This document shows, piece by piece, positions 39,529-54,164 of a stretch of 64,000 nucleotides of DNA. The translations under genes and the position numbers were made by a program. How positions within the stretch are numbered: the first letter of the stretch is position 1; each line of letters begins with the position of its first letter. Location of the stretch: contig MU626265.1 of the NCBI GenBank assembly GCA_025603075.1, forward strand, positions 157,516-221,515, in the 5' to 3' direction. The notes below the pieces were generated by a model, which saw only the letters and a list, made by a program, of their open reading frames with translations, ran no database searches and was not told the DNA's origin. Origin of the DNA: Neoconidiobolus thromboides FSU 785. Taxonomy: Eukaryota > Fungi > Entomophthoromycota.

Positions 39529-39628
39529 GGGGGCATTTTTTTCGGCTTCGTTACTTTTTCTATCTTTTAAGTACTATTTGAGCGGAAAATTTGTTAGTAA
39601 AGTTTTCAAAACACAGAAATACATTCTC
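39529..39628 (-). mobile_element. MITE copy 8
   Basis: TTAT|GGGGGC...CATTCTC|TTGT; conserved internal blocks. Confidence 0.8.
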
Positions 39629-40553
39629 TTGTATTTAAATTTATAAGATAAATTCAAACAAATGATAAAAATGAATAATTTATCAATACAAAAATGTGAT
39701 TCATTTTGTCTAAACTAAATAATGTGTTATATTATAATACATAAAGCGTTCTAACATGATAACTTTTTTTAAAACGACACTAAATAATGCTCCCTTATCA
39801 ATTTAAACGTAATCTTTGTTTTTATAAGTCGTAGTTTTATAGAGTAAAGGCAAACATGTACTAGGATTATAACAGTTATATGATTACCTCTCACTTAAAA
39901 GATTTCATATTAAAAAATATATATTTCATTTAAATTAAACGATAATAATTGTTAGCTTTCAATTTCAATCAATTTTTAATCAATAAGAATCAATAGGAAT
40001 AGAAAAACCACCAATCAATGTAACCAAATAATTTCTAAATCAAGATAAAAACGAAATTTTAGTCACCTAAATAATTTAAGTCAACTAAAAAAATGCTATA
40101 AAAAATGCTATAAAAATGCTTTAAAGTGCAATTTGCTTGAGCTTACATTTCTATAATTTATTGGTTTCTTTAAAAATAATTAATAATCAATTTAAACTCT
40201 ATCAATATATTATTATTTATTTTAATATAGCCATGTAATGAATTATTCAGCCAAACTTCTCTCTTATGGATTTGAACCTAATTACTCTGATAATGAGCTT
40301 TTTGAAGGTGAGTATAGTGACTGTGTTGCAACCACAACTGTGACAATAGTGATTATGAGTTTGGAGAAATTATTGATGTTTGTATTCAGGAAGATCATGG
40401 AGAGTACAATGTTATAATGTTGTGGAATTTAATAATGATAACTATATGTTAGCGTATAGTTATAGTTATACATTATTAAAAAGACTCACTAATGATTTTA
40501 ATAAATCCACTCCAAAGCGTAAGTAACCTCCAAGCTTAGTAAATTTACTATAT

Positions 40554-40650
40554 GGGGATGTTTTTTTTTGTTTAACACTTTTACTGATGACTTTCCCACT
40601 CAAATAGCGCTTAAAAAATAAAAAAAGTGATAAATCAAAAGAATGTCATC
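40554..40650 (+). mobile_element. MITE copy 9 (left half of inverted dimer)
   Basis: ATAT|GGGGATG...GTCATC|ATAT; the right ATAT is shared with copy 10. Confidence 0.85.
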
Positions 40651-40654
40651 ATAT

Positions 40655-40751
40655 GGGGTTGTTTTTTTTAGCTTCATTATTTTTTCATTTTTTAAGCGCT
40701 ATTTAACTGGAAAGATTGTATTAAAATTCTTAAGCAAAAAAACATATCCCC
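40655..40751 (-). mobile_element. MITE copy 10 (right half of inverted dimer)
   Basis: ATAT|GGGGTTG...TATCCCC|ATAT. Confidence 0.85.
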
Positions 40752-43504
40752 ATATGGATTTGAATATAAATAATAATGCTTGAAATAATCATAATGTTTT
40801 TTAGGTTGGGTACATCTTACTGAGAACCTGCGGTCTCCTTTGGGTAATATAAGTTAAGCAACTTCTTTATTTTATTTATGAGTCTTATTTTTGTTTAGTT
40901 TAATAGTTTATAAAATACTACTTAATTGTTGCTATTAAGTAAATACTTTTCTACTACCCTTTTTATAAAACCTTAAACCCCAAAGAGTACGTATCTTTAC
41001 TAAATTAAGTCAATTATTTTGAGTAGGACTGATAAACATGTTGAAGAGAAAATTAATACCTTTAGAGTTATTGGCAAGGTATTTGATCCTATATAAGTAA
41101 TTACTTCTCCAAGGAATCTTACATTTTATATGAAGGTGAGAGGCGAATCTTTCTACTTTTAGTTTATCCTTCAAGAAAGTTCAAGAAAGTTTGTAAATAT
41201 ACTATAATATAGATTCAAGAAAGTAGGTTTCAAAGGGAAGTTCCAAAGATAAGAAGATTTAGAGACAAAATTTTTAGAAAGTGGTAAGATCAATATAATC
41301 AAATAATTCAATAAAAGCGAGACGCCAAAAGATTAATATGAATCTGCATTCTAAGAACTTCTATAATAGACTTCTACCTATTGAGAGATATCAATGATAT
41401 TCTGATGAGACTTCAGGAATGAATTTTGCTAATTAAGTTTAAGTGAGAAAGGTCTTGTGAGGGATTCACTATAGAAATGCTTCTTGTTTTGTGCCCGGGT
41501 TGAGAATAATTATCACGAAATAAAGTTGAACTTGTAGTGACTATTCTTATTTAATAAAAAAACTATAAATAGTATCATTTGTATTTTTATTAACAAAATC
41601 TGATATTGTCATTCAAGTTAATTAAACTAAAAATTTATACTAAAAGTTAATAAATACAAGATCTATTAAAAATAGTTATAAAATTAATTAAAATCAGTTG
41701 AATTGTAAAATTCAACAATAAAGTAAGATTTCTAAACAAGTTAATATTTAAAAGTATTTAATAAAATTAATAAAAATTATATTAATATATATTATTGAAA
41801 TTTAATGAAAAAGCTAATCACTTATAAGATTCCAAAAGTAAATTTGGAATCCTATATAATTCAATTTGGGCAAAAAATAATTTAAACTTTTAAAAAAACC
41901 TTTAGAAAATAAATTAATTTAATAATATTTATTTCTGTTTCAACAGCTAATTAATAATATTTTTAATGCTTATATAGTATAATTAATGGACAAAAATTAA
42001 GATCAATAATATTTTATTACTAATTTTATTGAATATTAAATGAATTCAAAGGATATAATAATTGAATTGACCACTTTAAAATTAACAATTTATTTAATAT
42101 TAAATTTGTCCTTATTTTTTTTAAAATTTACACAAAAATCATTATTATACTTTATTTATTGAACGAGTTAATATTTTATAAACATTTTATATAATACTAA
42201 ATAACAACATAAAATAATGATATCACTTATATTGAATACCCAGAAAACAACTAACAATCTCTAAGTGCTTTTTCAACGAACAGTATTTAAGAGGAATGAG
42301 TAAAAAGGAATGGTAGCTTACAGATTAGGAGCTTTTTAGAATAATGAGTTACATTTTAGTTAACATTTAAAACTACTAAAAACTTCATAATTCAATTATT
42401 ATTTCTTCTATACCTTTTCTATTATTAATTTTTTCAAACTATAACACTATCTCTATAATCAAATTTATTCAATAATCGACTATTAATAATTACTGCTTTT
42501 GTTTGATTTTAAATACAGTTTATTCTCTAAATATATCAACTAGCTTTCAATTAAATTTAGTATATATCCATGTACCGAAATTACAACTTACTATTAATAA
42601 AATACTTTTAAAAATAATTATTTAGCCAAAATATATCATTATATTAAAATTATTATTTATTTCTAGTTTGTTTTATATGAAAAAAATGGATTTAGAATAA
42701 ATTAATAGTTTAATCATATAACAGTATCACGTTATTTTTGTAATTACTTTGATAGCTCAATAGTTCAACAGTTTAATAGTTTAATAGTTTAATTGTCTAA
42801 TTTTATTATTTTTCCATTATTCAAATTCAATCTAAATAAGTATTATTGTTAATAGGTTAAATTCAAGGCTAAAAGGTAGTTTTAAATTATATTAATTAAA
42901 CGTTATTTATTAATAAATTTGTACTTAAAAGCAATTACTTGCTATCTTCAAGTAAGTTAAAAAATAACATTGAATAATACAATTAATAACAACATAAATA
43001 AAACTCTTACACCCGATTTTCTTCCTTATACTAATAATTCGAAACCCTTAATATTCAACAAATAAACTTTTAATTTGTGGTTAAAAATTTCAATTTTTTA
43101 GTGACTTATACTAAATTTAGTAAATTCTTGTGATTCTTCTGATTAGCAAACCTTAATATGGATAGTATGGTACTAGACCTAAATTTATTCTAATGAAAAT
43201 ATAAAGGAGCTTGGATTGAAATAAAAAGTTTAACCTTTCTTTGAAGATTTCATTTTTTATTAAAATTTAGGCTTAATAATTAGATCTTTTATTACTATTT
43301 AATTGTTATACAATTCAAGAAAATAATGCTATTTGGCTAATTAATATCACTTAATAATTATACAATTCAATAATCATTCCAACTATAACAAAAGAGTATA
43401 TAAACAGTCATAAATTTAACAATTGACAATAAAACAATAAACTTAGATAACTACTATCCCCAAACGCACTTAACATTTATTTAAAACAGCAACTCAAATT
43501 CAAT

Positions 43505-46003
43505 ATGTCACTTTATGATGAATATAAGAAAGCCAAAATTTTAATCATAGACAATTATGATTCTTATACATATAATATTATTCAATATTTACCAAAAGAA
43601 CAAGTCATGGTAATTCGTAATGATCATTGTTCATATGAAGAATTTGAACGTGAAATTTTACCTTATTTTGATGGTGTTATTTTATCCCCAGGTCCAGGTC
43701 GTCCAGATAAAAAAGAAGATTTTGGTTTATGTTTAGATCTTTTAGAAAGAAAATTAGATATCCCAATTTTTGGTATCTGTTTAGGTCACCAAGGTTTAGC
43801 TAATACTTTTGGAGGAAAAGTAAGTTGAAACTATTTTAGTATTCCTATTTATTTAACTCTTTATTTTATCAATAGGTTGTTATTGCACCAAAAGAAATGC
43901 ACGGTTTAATTTCTGAAGTAACTAAAATTCATCCAAATGAAGAAGAGCAAAAAGAAATCACTAATGCTTATGATCTTCTTTATGGTATTCCAGAAAAATT
44001 TGATGTTACTCGTTATCATTCACTTATTGTTGAAAAGAGTACTATTCCAGATACACTTTATCCAATCTGTTATGTAGAAGAAGATGGTATTAATATGGGA
44101 GTAGCTCATAAAACTTTACCTTATTATGGTGTCCAATTTCATCCAGAATCTATTTGTAGTCAATTTGGCGATAAAATGATTCAAAATTTTGCTGGAATTT
44201 CCTATCATTATAGTAATAATCCACATAAGGATATACCTTTACCTCAAAGTGTATGGAAATATTCAACTCTTAATTGTGCTACTCCATTAGTTGAAAGAAA
44301 GAACTTTAATGATGTTCAAGTTAAAGTAACTAAATTGACTAGTTCTACTGTTAACACTGAAATTATTTATGATCATTTATTCCGTAATGATATCTATTCT
44401 TACTGGTTAGATTCTGCTTCTCGTAGTTTAAATTTAGGTAATACTTCTTATCTTGGTCCCGGTACTACCAATGGTTCAGCTACAATTCGTTATGATTTAC
44501 CAACCAAAACTTTAAGTTTTGCTAGAGTAAATGGACAAGAATCTGAAACTATTTTCTCTAAACAACTCACAGATAAAGATTTGCCACTTATTGAATGGGT
44601 TGATGCCTTTACTCAATCTTTTAATTTATTACCAAATAGCAGTGAAATTCCATTTGATTTCTGTGGTGGTTTATTAGGTTATTTTGATTATGAAATGAAA
44701 GATGAAACTTTACCAAACTTTAAGACTAAATTTGAGACAACTGTACCTTACGCTAACTCTCAATTCTTATTTGTTGATCGTGGTTTAGTAGTTGATCATT
44801 TAACTAATGATATCTATGCCTTTGGTGTTATTTCCAACTCTAAATCTATTCATGATTTCCCAAAGAATTTACAAGATGTTAATGAAGCTACTAATGTCTT
44901 AATTCAACATCTTGGTACTACTGAAAATGAATTTGATTCCTGGGTACAAGGAGTATCTAACAAACTCGCCAGTTTACCATTGAAACCCACTAAAGCTGAA
45001 AAGGTACGTGATGTATCTGAAGATGTTGGTTTAAGGTTAGATTTAGATCAAGAACAATATATTAAAGAAGTTCAAACTTCCCAAGCTTTAATTAAACAAG
45101 GTGAAACTTACGAAGTTTGCTTGACTACTACTATGCGTGGTGAATTCCCATCTTTAGCTACCCCAGATTCTAGAGTTGAACTTTATAAAGTATTACGTAA
45201 TAAGAATCCTGCCCCATTCGCTTGCTTATTAAGGTATTCTGATGTAACTATCTGTTCTTCATCCCCCGAACGTTTTATGAGAATGGAAGCTGATGGAGCT
45301 ACTTCAATGAAGCCAATTAAAGGTACTGTTAAACGCCCAACTGTAGAAGAGTTTTCAGTCCTTTATCCAAATGCTAGTGAAGCTGAATTACAAAAATTAA
45401 TGGCTGATGAAGATCAACGTCGTGCTTATGAACTTCAAGCAGATATTAAACAACGTGCTGAAAATTTAATGATTGTCGATCTAATTCGTAATGATTTAAC
45501 TACTATTTCTGAACCTGCTTCAGTTCAAGTTCCTGGTTTAATGAAAGTTGAAACTTTTAAATATGTACATCAATTAGTCACTACTATTACCTCTGAATTA
45601 AGACCAGAAATTGGTCATGCTCAAGCTTTCGCTCGTTGCTTCCCACCTGGTAAATTTAAATCCTTATTTTTATAATATTTTTATCTAACTTCTTTTTCTA
45701 GGTTCAATGACTGGTGCTCCTAAACGTCGTACTGTTCAATTAATGGAAGATATTGAAGGTTTAAGACCAAGAGGTATTTATTCAGGTGCTATTGGTTACT
45801 TTTCATTAAATAAAGTATCTGATTTCTCTGTTGTCATTCGTACTGTTGTTGTTACCAATGATGGTAAGAATGAACTTTCTGTCGGTGCTGGTGGCGCTAT
45901 TGTTGCTCTCTCTGATCCTCTCGATGAATTTAATGAAATGATCATTAAAGCTTATTCCACCGTTCCTTCTGTTCACCAATTCTTGGAATCTCAAGCTTTA
46001 TAA
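43505..46003 (+). CDS. ABZ1: Aminodeoxychorismate (PABA) synthase, PabA-PabB fusion; 2 introns
   Basis: IIDNYDSYTYN, SPGPGRP, GICLGHQ, YGVQFHPES, YEVCLTT, SSPERF, MKPIKGT, AENLMIVDLIRNDL, GAGGAI. Confidence 0.95.
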
Positions 46004-46199
46004 TAAGTTGGAACAAGTCACTCCATGTTTATCTATTTAAAGTTCGATTAGTGTTTATTTGTAGTCGAATTTTGTTCAAATAAAAACACAGTTTATATTA
46101 TATTATTATTTTTTCTTTATTCAATAAATAAGATAGGTAATAGAAACTATTATATAACTTATAAAACTCCATGTTGTATCTACTTCCTTATCAATTTAT

Positions 46200-47288
46200 T
46201 TAATGAATGAGAGGCAAATAGGTAGGAGTATGATCTCTATAATTGATATATTCTTGACCAAAAAATCGAATCAAATGGGCTTCTTCAACTCTTATTCTAG
46301 TTTTAAAAAACTGATGTAAAACAAAGCAGAATGCAGAAAAGCATAATGGATTAAATAACATAATTTGAGTACCTAAAGTAAATAGATAAAAGCCTAGATA
46401 AGAAGGATGACGGGCGATACTATAATAAAATTAGTTAACAAATGACTAAAATAGTATGAAATTATTTAATATTAAATTTCATTCTATTTAAATATTTTAA
46501 AATTTCTTACCTAAACACCCCAGTAGTAATAAGATGATGATCTTGGTCTTTCATACTTTGAACGTAATGGTTGAAACTAGTATTAGCTTCAATCATGGCT
46601 CTTGAACGAAACCATTGCCCAACAAGTACAAATAAGAATCCTATTGATTTAAAAAGATTAAATTTCAGTTTCAGTTACAGTTTCATTTATCAATCACTTA
46701 CCCAACAATTGAATTGGCATAACATAATTATAAACCCAGGGATAATAAATTTTCTTTAAAAAATATTCAGCTACAGAAACTAAAAGGGCAATGTGATATC
46801 CGGATACTGGATCGTATAAAAATGCTATAATTTAAAGAATACAATTAACATCACTTCTTTAAAATCAAACAAATTTCAAAATATATACACTTACAATCTA
46901 ACTTCACTCTCCTTGGATTAAATATTGCAGTAATCAAATACTCCAAAAGATGAAACCCACCAAGTGCCATGACGTACATACCAAAAGCACGATAACCAGA
47001 AACAAATAAAGCGAAGCTTAAACCAAAACCTATTAAAATTCCAGCAAATGATGCATAAACTGCAATAGTAGCAGGGATATGATCACCTTGTTGATAAGCT
47101 AATATAAATTCATTTTTAAAATCTTGATAATTGGGTGGTGGGCTATTTTCTAAATCAATTGTCTTTGGTGTTGGGTCTAAAGAAATCGTTGAATTGATAC
47201 TGGATGAACGCGAACGTAAACCACTCTCTTTTCCTACTCCTAGCCAGTTCTTGATATTGTCTTTACGTGGACTGCTAGATAAACTCAT
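46200..47288 (-). CDS. STE14: Isoprenylcysteine carboxyl methyltransferase; 4 exons
   Basis: FHLLEYLITAIFNP, RSRAMIEANTSFNHYVQ, HHLITTGVF, RHPSYLGFY, GTQIMLFNP, RIRVEEAHLIRFFGQEY. Confidence 0.92.
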
Positions 47289-48249
47289 TTTTATGAATTT
47301 TTTTCTAAAAGAATGGAATTTAAAAGCGGGTTTTTAAAATGGGCAGTTTTCAGAGGCTGGGTTTTTGGTTTTTTGAAGGTTTGGTAAAATGAAATTGTAA
47401 TAAGTTTCAGTTCTATTAAAAGGTTTAAAATTTCGTCTTTAAAAGGATAAGGATGCAAATAGTATAACGTTTATTGGGATTAATTTAAAAGTTAGTAGGT
47501 TTTCATTCTATGACAGTGAAAACACATATGACTTGTCACTTAGTTAATCAAACAGATGAGGAATACGGCTAGGGTTTAGATGGCTTGAAAACTTGGTTTG
47601 AAGATGTATCACCTTTTTGACGATGGAGCTATTATATTGCATTAGCTTAGTTTTATGCTAATTGCTATTTTTTAGAAGCTCAACTTAATTTTTTGTAAAT
47701 TTGATTTATCAGTTGCAAACTAAAAACATTACTACAGCCACTATGCTATCTGGTAATGAGTATAAATAAAACTTTTTACTAGCTAATAAATAAACAACAA
47801 TATTTTATATTAATCAGATATAACAATTAACGAATAGTAAAGGAATCGATCGATAATATATGGAAACCTGTAAATAAAGAACGAAATCAAATTGAAATGA
47901 TTCGTGAAATCAAACTGATCATCTTATTACGAAGTGCAGATGATTAAATGAAATAAATTTTCAGGAACTTAGTTTGTTATTGTTTATTGAATTTTACATA
48001 GACATAATGTTTCTTTCGTGTTTTCGTTTTTTTACTCCATTACCCTTGCTTGTTTTGTCGAGCTAACTGTAAAGTAAAAGCTGTTGTTTCAACTAAAGTT
48101 AAGTTGAGTATTGATCTCGATTAAAACAATTAAGTACGTAATTACTACTAAAAATAGGTTATAACATAAGCTTATCGTTGATCATTTTTATTCAATCAAA
48201 AAACTACTATTATTAAGGCCTTAACATTTTATATTAAATTGAAAAGCAG

Positions 48250-48995
48250 CGTTGTGTAAAGCTTTCTACTTGATTTTTTTCAAGTTCTTCATCTACTAGC
48301 TATTGATATTGAATTTATCAGAGTTAATGGTTATTGTAAACATATTCTATTTTATTTTACATTTACTATGTTTCTAAAATCAAAAAACTAAACTTTTGTA
48401 TCAATGCACTTCAAGATGTATTTGATGGTAATGAAGATAATAGTATTGTAAAACAAATTAAAGCTAATCATGCTTTATGTTAATTTAGTTCAACCGATAT
48501 TCATTGTTCAATTGATTGATCTAAGGGATTGATAATTGACACCTATTATTAATATTCAGTCATTGACAAAGTTCTAAGAGAAAATACAACCAATGCCATG
48601 CGTTGATATTTTTTGTTTCAACCATTCAATATTGTTCTAACATATATAGTTAATTTGAATAATATGTAATCTATTTAAAACTATCAGAAAATACAATAAT
48701 AACAACAATAATAAGTAAAACAATGATTTAAAACTTTTCCATAAATCAAAATATAAATCAATCATTCTAATGCAAAAGAGGGGTATGCTCATACTATTTA
48801 TAAGGCCAGAGTCAAATGAAAGTGTAAATCATACTCTCGATTCTGCGGGATATGTATAAGCTATATAGGCGATAGCATATTTACATGATCTATATTTAAT
48901 TTGCTAACCTGTTGGAGATCAGCTACAAGCATACCAGCTTCAAAATTATGATTTTGTATTAACTACCAGAAGCTAATATAAAAAAACTAGTAGAT
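48250..48995. repeat. Degenerate dispersed duplication, copy B (inverted partner of 1-860), without the MITE
   Basis: See copy A; has a single AAAT at 48689-48692 where copy A carries AAAT-MITE-AAAT. Confidence 0.75.
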
Positions 48996-49204
48996 TAAAA
49001 AATATTTAATAATAGATTAACCTGAACCCTTAATAAATAGCACTACTAAGCACCATTTGTTGAAATTAACCTAAAAAATTATAATTAATGTGCTCAACAA
49101 ATTATTTAGTACTAGATTAACTTGGGTCTTTAGTAGCTGGTACTACTAAACATCGCCTGGGGATATCCAAATTGGTTTCATTTTTTTGTCCAATTTTCAA
49201 ATAC

Positions 49205-49302
49205 GGGAGTGTTTTTTTGACTTCATTATTTTTTCCATTTTTTAAGCACTATTTAAACGGAAAATTTGTTAGTGAAATTCTTAAAAACGAAAATACATCC
49301 CC
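49205..49302 (-). mobile_element. MITE copy 11
   Basis: ATAC|GGGAGTG...CATCCCC|ATTT; the TSD is degenerate. Confidence 0.85.
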
Positions 49303-49769
49303 ATTTGGTAAATTTTGTTTTATTTTTACAAATCTTTTAGAAACCACTTTAAAATAATATTTATAAGCTATTTTATTAATTTTTGTTATTTAAGGCTATA
49401 TACTTAGGAATTAATAAGGTACTAGTTAATTTCATTAACTTTAAATTTTTCAAAAATCTCACTATTAAGATACTTTTTCAAACTGACTTAAATGGCTTCC
49501 AATTGACTTAAAATTACTTTTACATTTCTGAGTTTGTGTAAATATCTTTTGAGCTTTTATCAGGCTTGTTTAAAGTTAATTATATTATGTAAATGTTAAT
49601 GGCTAGTTAAAATGGACGATTAATAGATCCTTGACTCAACTTTAATTTTTAAAAGCTAAAATACACTAAGCAATGAGACTTAATTTTAATGAGACTTTAA
49701 AAATAGGGGCTATACATAATAATACTACAAATAAGAATAAATGAATTGAACTAATACCTAAATATAAAT

Positions 49770-49866
49770 GGGAATATATTTTTTATTTAAGGATTCTACC
49801 AACAATTTTTCCACTCAAATAGTGTTTAAAAAATAGAAAAAGTGATGAAGCTAAAAAAACATCCTC
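49770..49866 (+). mobile_element. MITE copy 12
   Basis: AAAT|GGGAATA...CATCCTC|AAAT. Confidence 0.88.
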
Positions 49867-50011
49867 AAATGTTGAAAATAAAACTTTAAATACAGTTTAA
49901 TAATCTTTATTAAAACATAAAATTATCTCAATTATGCACTAATTTAAATACATCTATATCACTTTTTAGCACATAATATCTTTCTATAACCCATTTAAAA
50001 CCAATTTCTTT

Positions 50012-52436
50012 TTAAATCATTTGAGTTTTTTTGTATTGCTTTAACTCATCCAATTTATACTTATTAAATGCTTTGAGGTTTGCTAATGTTTCGTTAGCGT
50101 GTTCTCTAAGCTCCCTTTTAGTCCTGCGGTCAATAGCCTTTGTCTAAAAAATAGATTAATTGTTAATATTTTTCATAAAAAAAGCTTACTAATTTGCCCA
50201 CACTGCCCACTACTTGTTGTAAGCAGTCCAAATACCCTCCTTTTACAAAATTGGGCAAATCGTAATCATAGCTCATATCCCCATAGATATCAAACATTGC
50301 ATTCAATGCTTCCAAGTAAATCTCCGCTTTACTTAAAGCTCTCTCTAATGGGAGCTCATTGGCTTGCTTAATAATTTCCATTAAACAGTTACCAATGACT
50401 TGATTATCATTGACATATCCTGGTCTCCTACATGCAATAGCACCAATGGTACCAATAGCTTTTGTTGCCATGCTCACCTTTTCCTTACTCTCATCGGCTT
50501 TATTTACAATATTTAATAAAAATTGCAAATGATTAGCAGTGATCACTATATTCTCTAATTGGATCCATCGTGTTAAGGACCACAAGCAAGATAATCCCTG
50601 GTCAATGACATCTTGGTTGATATTTAATTCATCACTTTGTTCCATAAATGAATTGACTGTAGTAAACAGAAAATCCCATAATGTTTTAATCCCAGCTTCA
50701 TACTTTTGATTTAAAAACAATTTTTCCTGTTTGGTCCCGCCCTCCGATATCATGGAGAATAGGTTATTCAATGCTGCTAAAGAGCGGCTATGAAGACCAC
50801 CTAAAGATACTGTAATGGTTTCATATTGTTGTAGCTCTTTATTCCCAATACCGTTTTGGTTTGGTTGACTCAAGGTCCATGGGTGTGGGGTAGCTAACTC
50901 AATCAATTTTTCGACTACATTCTCAAAGATATAATTGATTGCTGGAGATATATCATTTGATTGGATTGTTTCTTTATCTTCATTTGAATCGTTGTTTAGG
51001 ATTTCATCTACAAGCTCTTCTTCTTCTTCTTCTTCTTCTTCCATCTCTTCCTCCATCTCCTCTTCAGCATTATAATTTTCACTCTTTTCTTCCGCTACTA
51101 AATTTGAGAGCACTTCCAAAATTAAATGATGATTGGTCACAAGTGTTTCTGCTTTAACAAGATGGGTTGATTTAATTTCAAAGTCTTTGATTGCTTCCTT
51201 GTTATTAACTTGCTGTTCTTCCTAAATATGCAAAAATGTTAATTTCATTCAATAAAAATTACATAATAACCTCTATTACTTCTTTCTTGGGTCCATTTTG
51301 TATAGCGTGATTAATACTTTGATTGATATTAGCTGAAGAGCTAAGTACGCTGCTGACAATTGGTAATAAAACAGTAAAGAAAGTGGGAGAAAACAATAAA
51401 AGAGAACTTAAACTTGGCTCCTTTGAAACTTTGCTTTCAATTGCTGGGGTAATAGAGGATCTGAAATTAACCAAAATACCTGAAATAACTACCTTTAATA
51501 AACTTTTTGAAAACTCATTCTTATTCTCCGAATCCTCATTCTGTAAAATGTTTTCCAATACTTGCAAATTGGCTGGTATATTAACAAAAAAATTCTGAAA
51601 TAAGGTTTGGTTATACTCCGAAAGAGTGAGAAGGCATCTAGCAGCATTAAGGACAAGATTTATGGGTAGCTTTTGGAAGGAACTTAAGAAGGCTAGCAAA
51701 AATTGAATCTCTTGTTTCTTGCTAACTTTTTCCAATAGCTTATCATTTGTTTCCCCCATACTCCATAAAATCACAATAATATTTTCAGCTATTGTAAATA
51801 TAGCTTCTCTATTTGCTGCTTCTTTTTTGTTAGCTACTACCTCCCCTTTAACAATCTTATCCAACTCTACACTCACCTTTTCAATAAGTGTACCCATTGG
51901 CTTCCAAATATCCTTTTTGGCAATATCACAGACAATACCCTCGTCGTTCATAGTAGCTAAATTTCTAAACTAAATTAATTCATTATTAATTACTGTTTCT
52001 CAATAATCCCTACCTCAATGCCCCCAAAGCCTCAACAATAACCTCAATCTCAAAATTAGACAACAATTCGATAAGTCGTCCAACTACATTACAAGACAAT
52101 AAGTTTTTCCTTGTAGCTTCATCATTGGAACATAAGACTGAGACTGTTGATGCAGCCCATGCTCGATCGCTGGCTTCTTTGCTTTGAAGCTAAAATTTAA
52201 AAAAAACGATTAAACATCTCAAGTCTGTTGACACTTATTAATCAACTTACCTTATTTATCAATGGCGAAACCTCTTGCTTATTCATTGTTGGAACCTCAC
52301 CCTTAATAGCTGCTAAAGCTACAGACTTGATCATAGGATCTTGACTACTTTCGAGCTCAGCAATGCTGCTTAAACCTAATGGATTGATGACTGGTGGGCG
52401 ATTACTTCCCTTTCCTTGTTTCTTGGATTTTCCCAT
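50012..52436 (-). CDS. SYO1: HEAT/ARM-repeat symportin Syo1/HEATR3, multi-exon
   Basis: MGKSKK N-terminus, LQSKEASDRAWAAS, EALGALRNL, acidic loop, EALNAMFDIYGDMSYDYDLPNFVKGGYL, KAIDRR. Confidence 0.8.
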
Positions 52437-52834
52437 TCTTGTTTTTTGTAAAGTAAAAAGAAACAATTGTTTTTTTATTGGTTTAAAATTTTTTGATTTT
52501 TCAAAAATTAGATTCTCGAAATTTTGGTGGTGTGAAGTTCAAAAAATTACTTCAAAAATAGTAATGACTATTTTATAATAAAACATCTATAAAATTCAAT
52601 AATAAATAACAGTTGAAATGTTATATTTAATAAAGTACTAATTTAAATAATCTTAGTTAAAATTTTATTTCATGATATAATCTAACCAAATAAAAGAAAC
52701 TTTATTATCGAAAATCCATTCTTTAGCATACTCATAAATCTAAAACATCATTTCGGACTAATACAATAATAAAAGCATAGTACTAAAAATAACCTAAGTT
52801 CTACTTGAAATATAAACCTGGCTCAATCCCTATC

Positions 52835-54164
52835 TCATTCCTGTTTAATTGCCTCATTCTTACTAGCTACTGGAGTATCTTTATTCTTCATAAACTCCTG
52901 AGGCAATACTTTTCTGTTTTTAGGTACACTAGGTTTAGGTGCAGCGGTCATCGAACGCTTCATAAGCTCTTGTTGTTGTTCTTCGGTCAAATTCAAATTC
53001 TCTACTGATTTACGACGTTGGGAACGACGTGATGGATTAAATGTATTGCATTTTGGGCATGTATATTGTATGATATTATAATCGTTAGCCGATACCAGTC
53101 CATTGTGAGCAAAGCAGTTACTGCAGATTAAGGCAAATTTCGTAGCATCCATGTTCTTTTCTTCTTCACCAACAATAGCGTCCATTAGTTTACCAAACCA
53201 TGGTTGTCCTCCTTCTACTTGAATATTTGGCGCCTGGGAGGTTCCTAAATCATTAATAAATGAGCATTTGGTATAAAAACAATCTTACTTGGCTTTAGTG
53301 GGATACCAGCATTTATCTGTTTTTGGGAATTGTTTCCATTATTCTGGGGAACTCTTTGACGAAGAGTTTGTGATTGAGCTGTGAAAAATTAGCCATGTTG
53401 GTAAATAAAAAACTTCAAATTACCTAAAGGTACTGATGCTTTTTTAGGGGCAGCTCTTTGGACTTGTGCCTTTTCCTTTAACTATTAACTAATTTATAAT
53501 AATATGAACATGATTATTACCCTATCTTCTTGTTCATAACGTTCGAGTATACTTTTGGTTTTATAATAAGATGAATTCTTTTTCAACTCATCAATCTATA
53601 AAAAAAGATTACTAGCATTCTAAAAGTATTAACCTTGAACTCCTTACAGTTATCCTAAGCTTTGTTTTCAAAGCAGAGAGTTGGTCAGCTTAAAAAGTAT
53701 AAGTAATAGTTAAACCAAGCATGAATCATTTACTTTCTGAATTTAATCTTTTTTGATAATAAGCATTAGAGCTATTATGATAAACGTAGGCCCTTTAAAT
53801 TATTAAAATATTGAAATGAATGGAAACCCGAAAAAATCTTACAAAACCGGAAAAAAAATAAGAGGAGAAGCCTTAATCAGTGCAGATTCCCAGTTATCAA
53901 ACTTTGGAGACCTCAACAAAATGAAATACACAGCAGCATAAAATAAATAAGCTGATACTGTATAAAGATAAAAAGTGAAAGCTGAGCCTTTATTTAACTT
54001 TATTTCAGATATTGTTAACTCTTTCTGTTTAATTTTCTTTTCTATCTCTTCTAATTGCTTCTCATATTTCGCGTCATTGTTGGACTAGTGTATTAGTTTA
54101 GATTAGATAATAGCATTGATTATTGTTTCCTTACCGAGGTAAAGAGTGAAAATAGGCCTGCCAT
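52835..54164 (-). CDS. LNP1: Lunapark ER junction protein, multi-exon
   Basis: MAGLF start, coiled coil, two TM segments, SYYKTKSILERY, WFGKLMDAIVG, zinc ribbon FALICSNCFAHNG...YTCPKCNTFN. Confidence 0.9.

Noticed and set aside
40228-40460. Short acidic coding-like fragment (MNYSAKLLSYGFEPNYSDNELFEG...)
   Set aside because: It is under 70 codons, needs a frameshift or a doubtful intron, and has no recognisable motif.
41395-41440. CTGATGAG...GAA hammerhead-ribozyme-like core
   Set aside because: There is no stem II pairing and no GAAA; flanking stems cannot be formed.
40985-41500. Purine-rich plus-strand frame resembling a retroelement gag relic (EDLETKFLE...YESAF*ELL); a similar patch lies at 17900-18230(-)
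   Set aside because: Stop frequency is about what AT-rich random sequence gives, and there is no convincing zinc knuckle, LTR or RT nearby.
49445-49710. Possible second TIR element (aaaatctcactattaag ... cttaattttaatgagactt)
   Set aside because: The inverted match is short and AT-rich, there is no TSD, and no second copy was found in the window.
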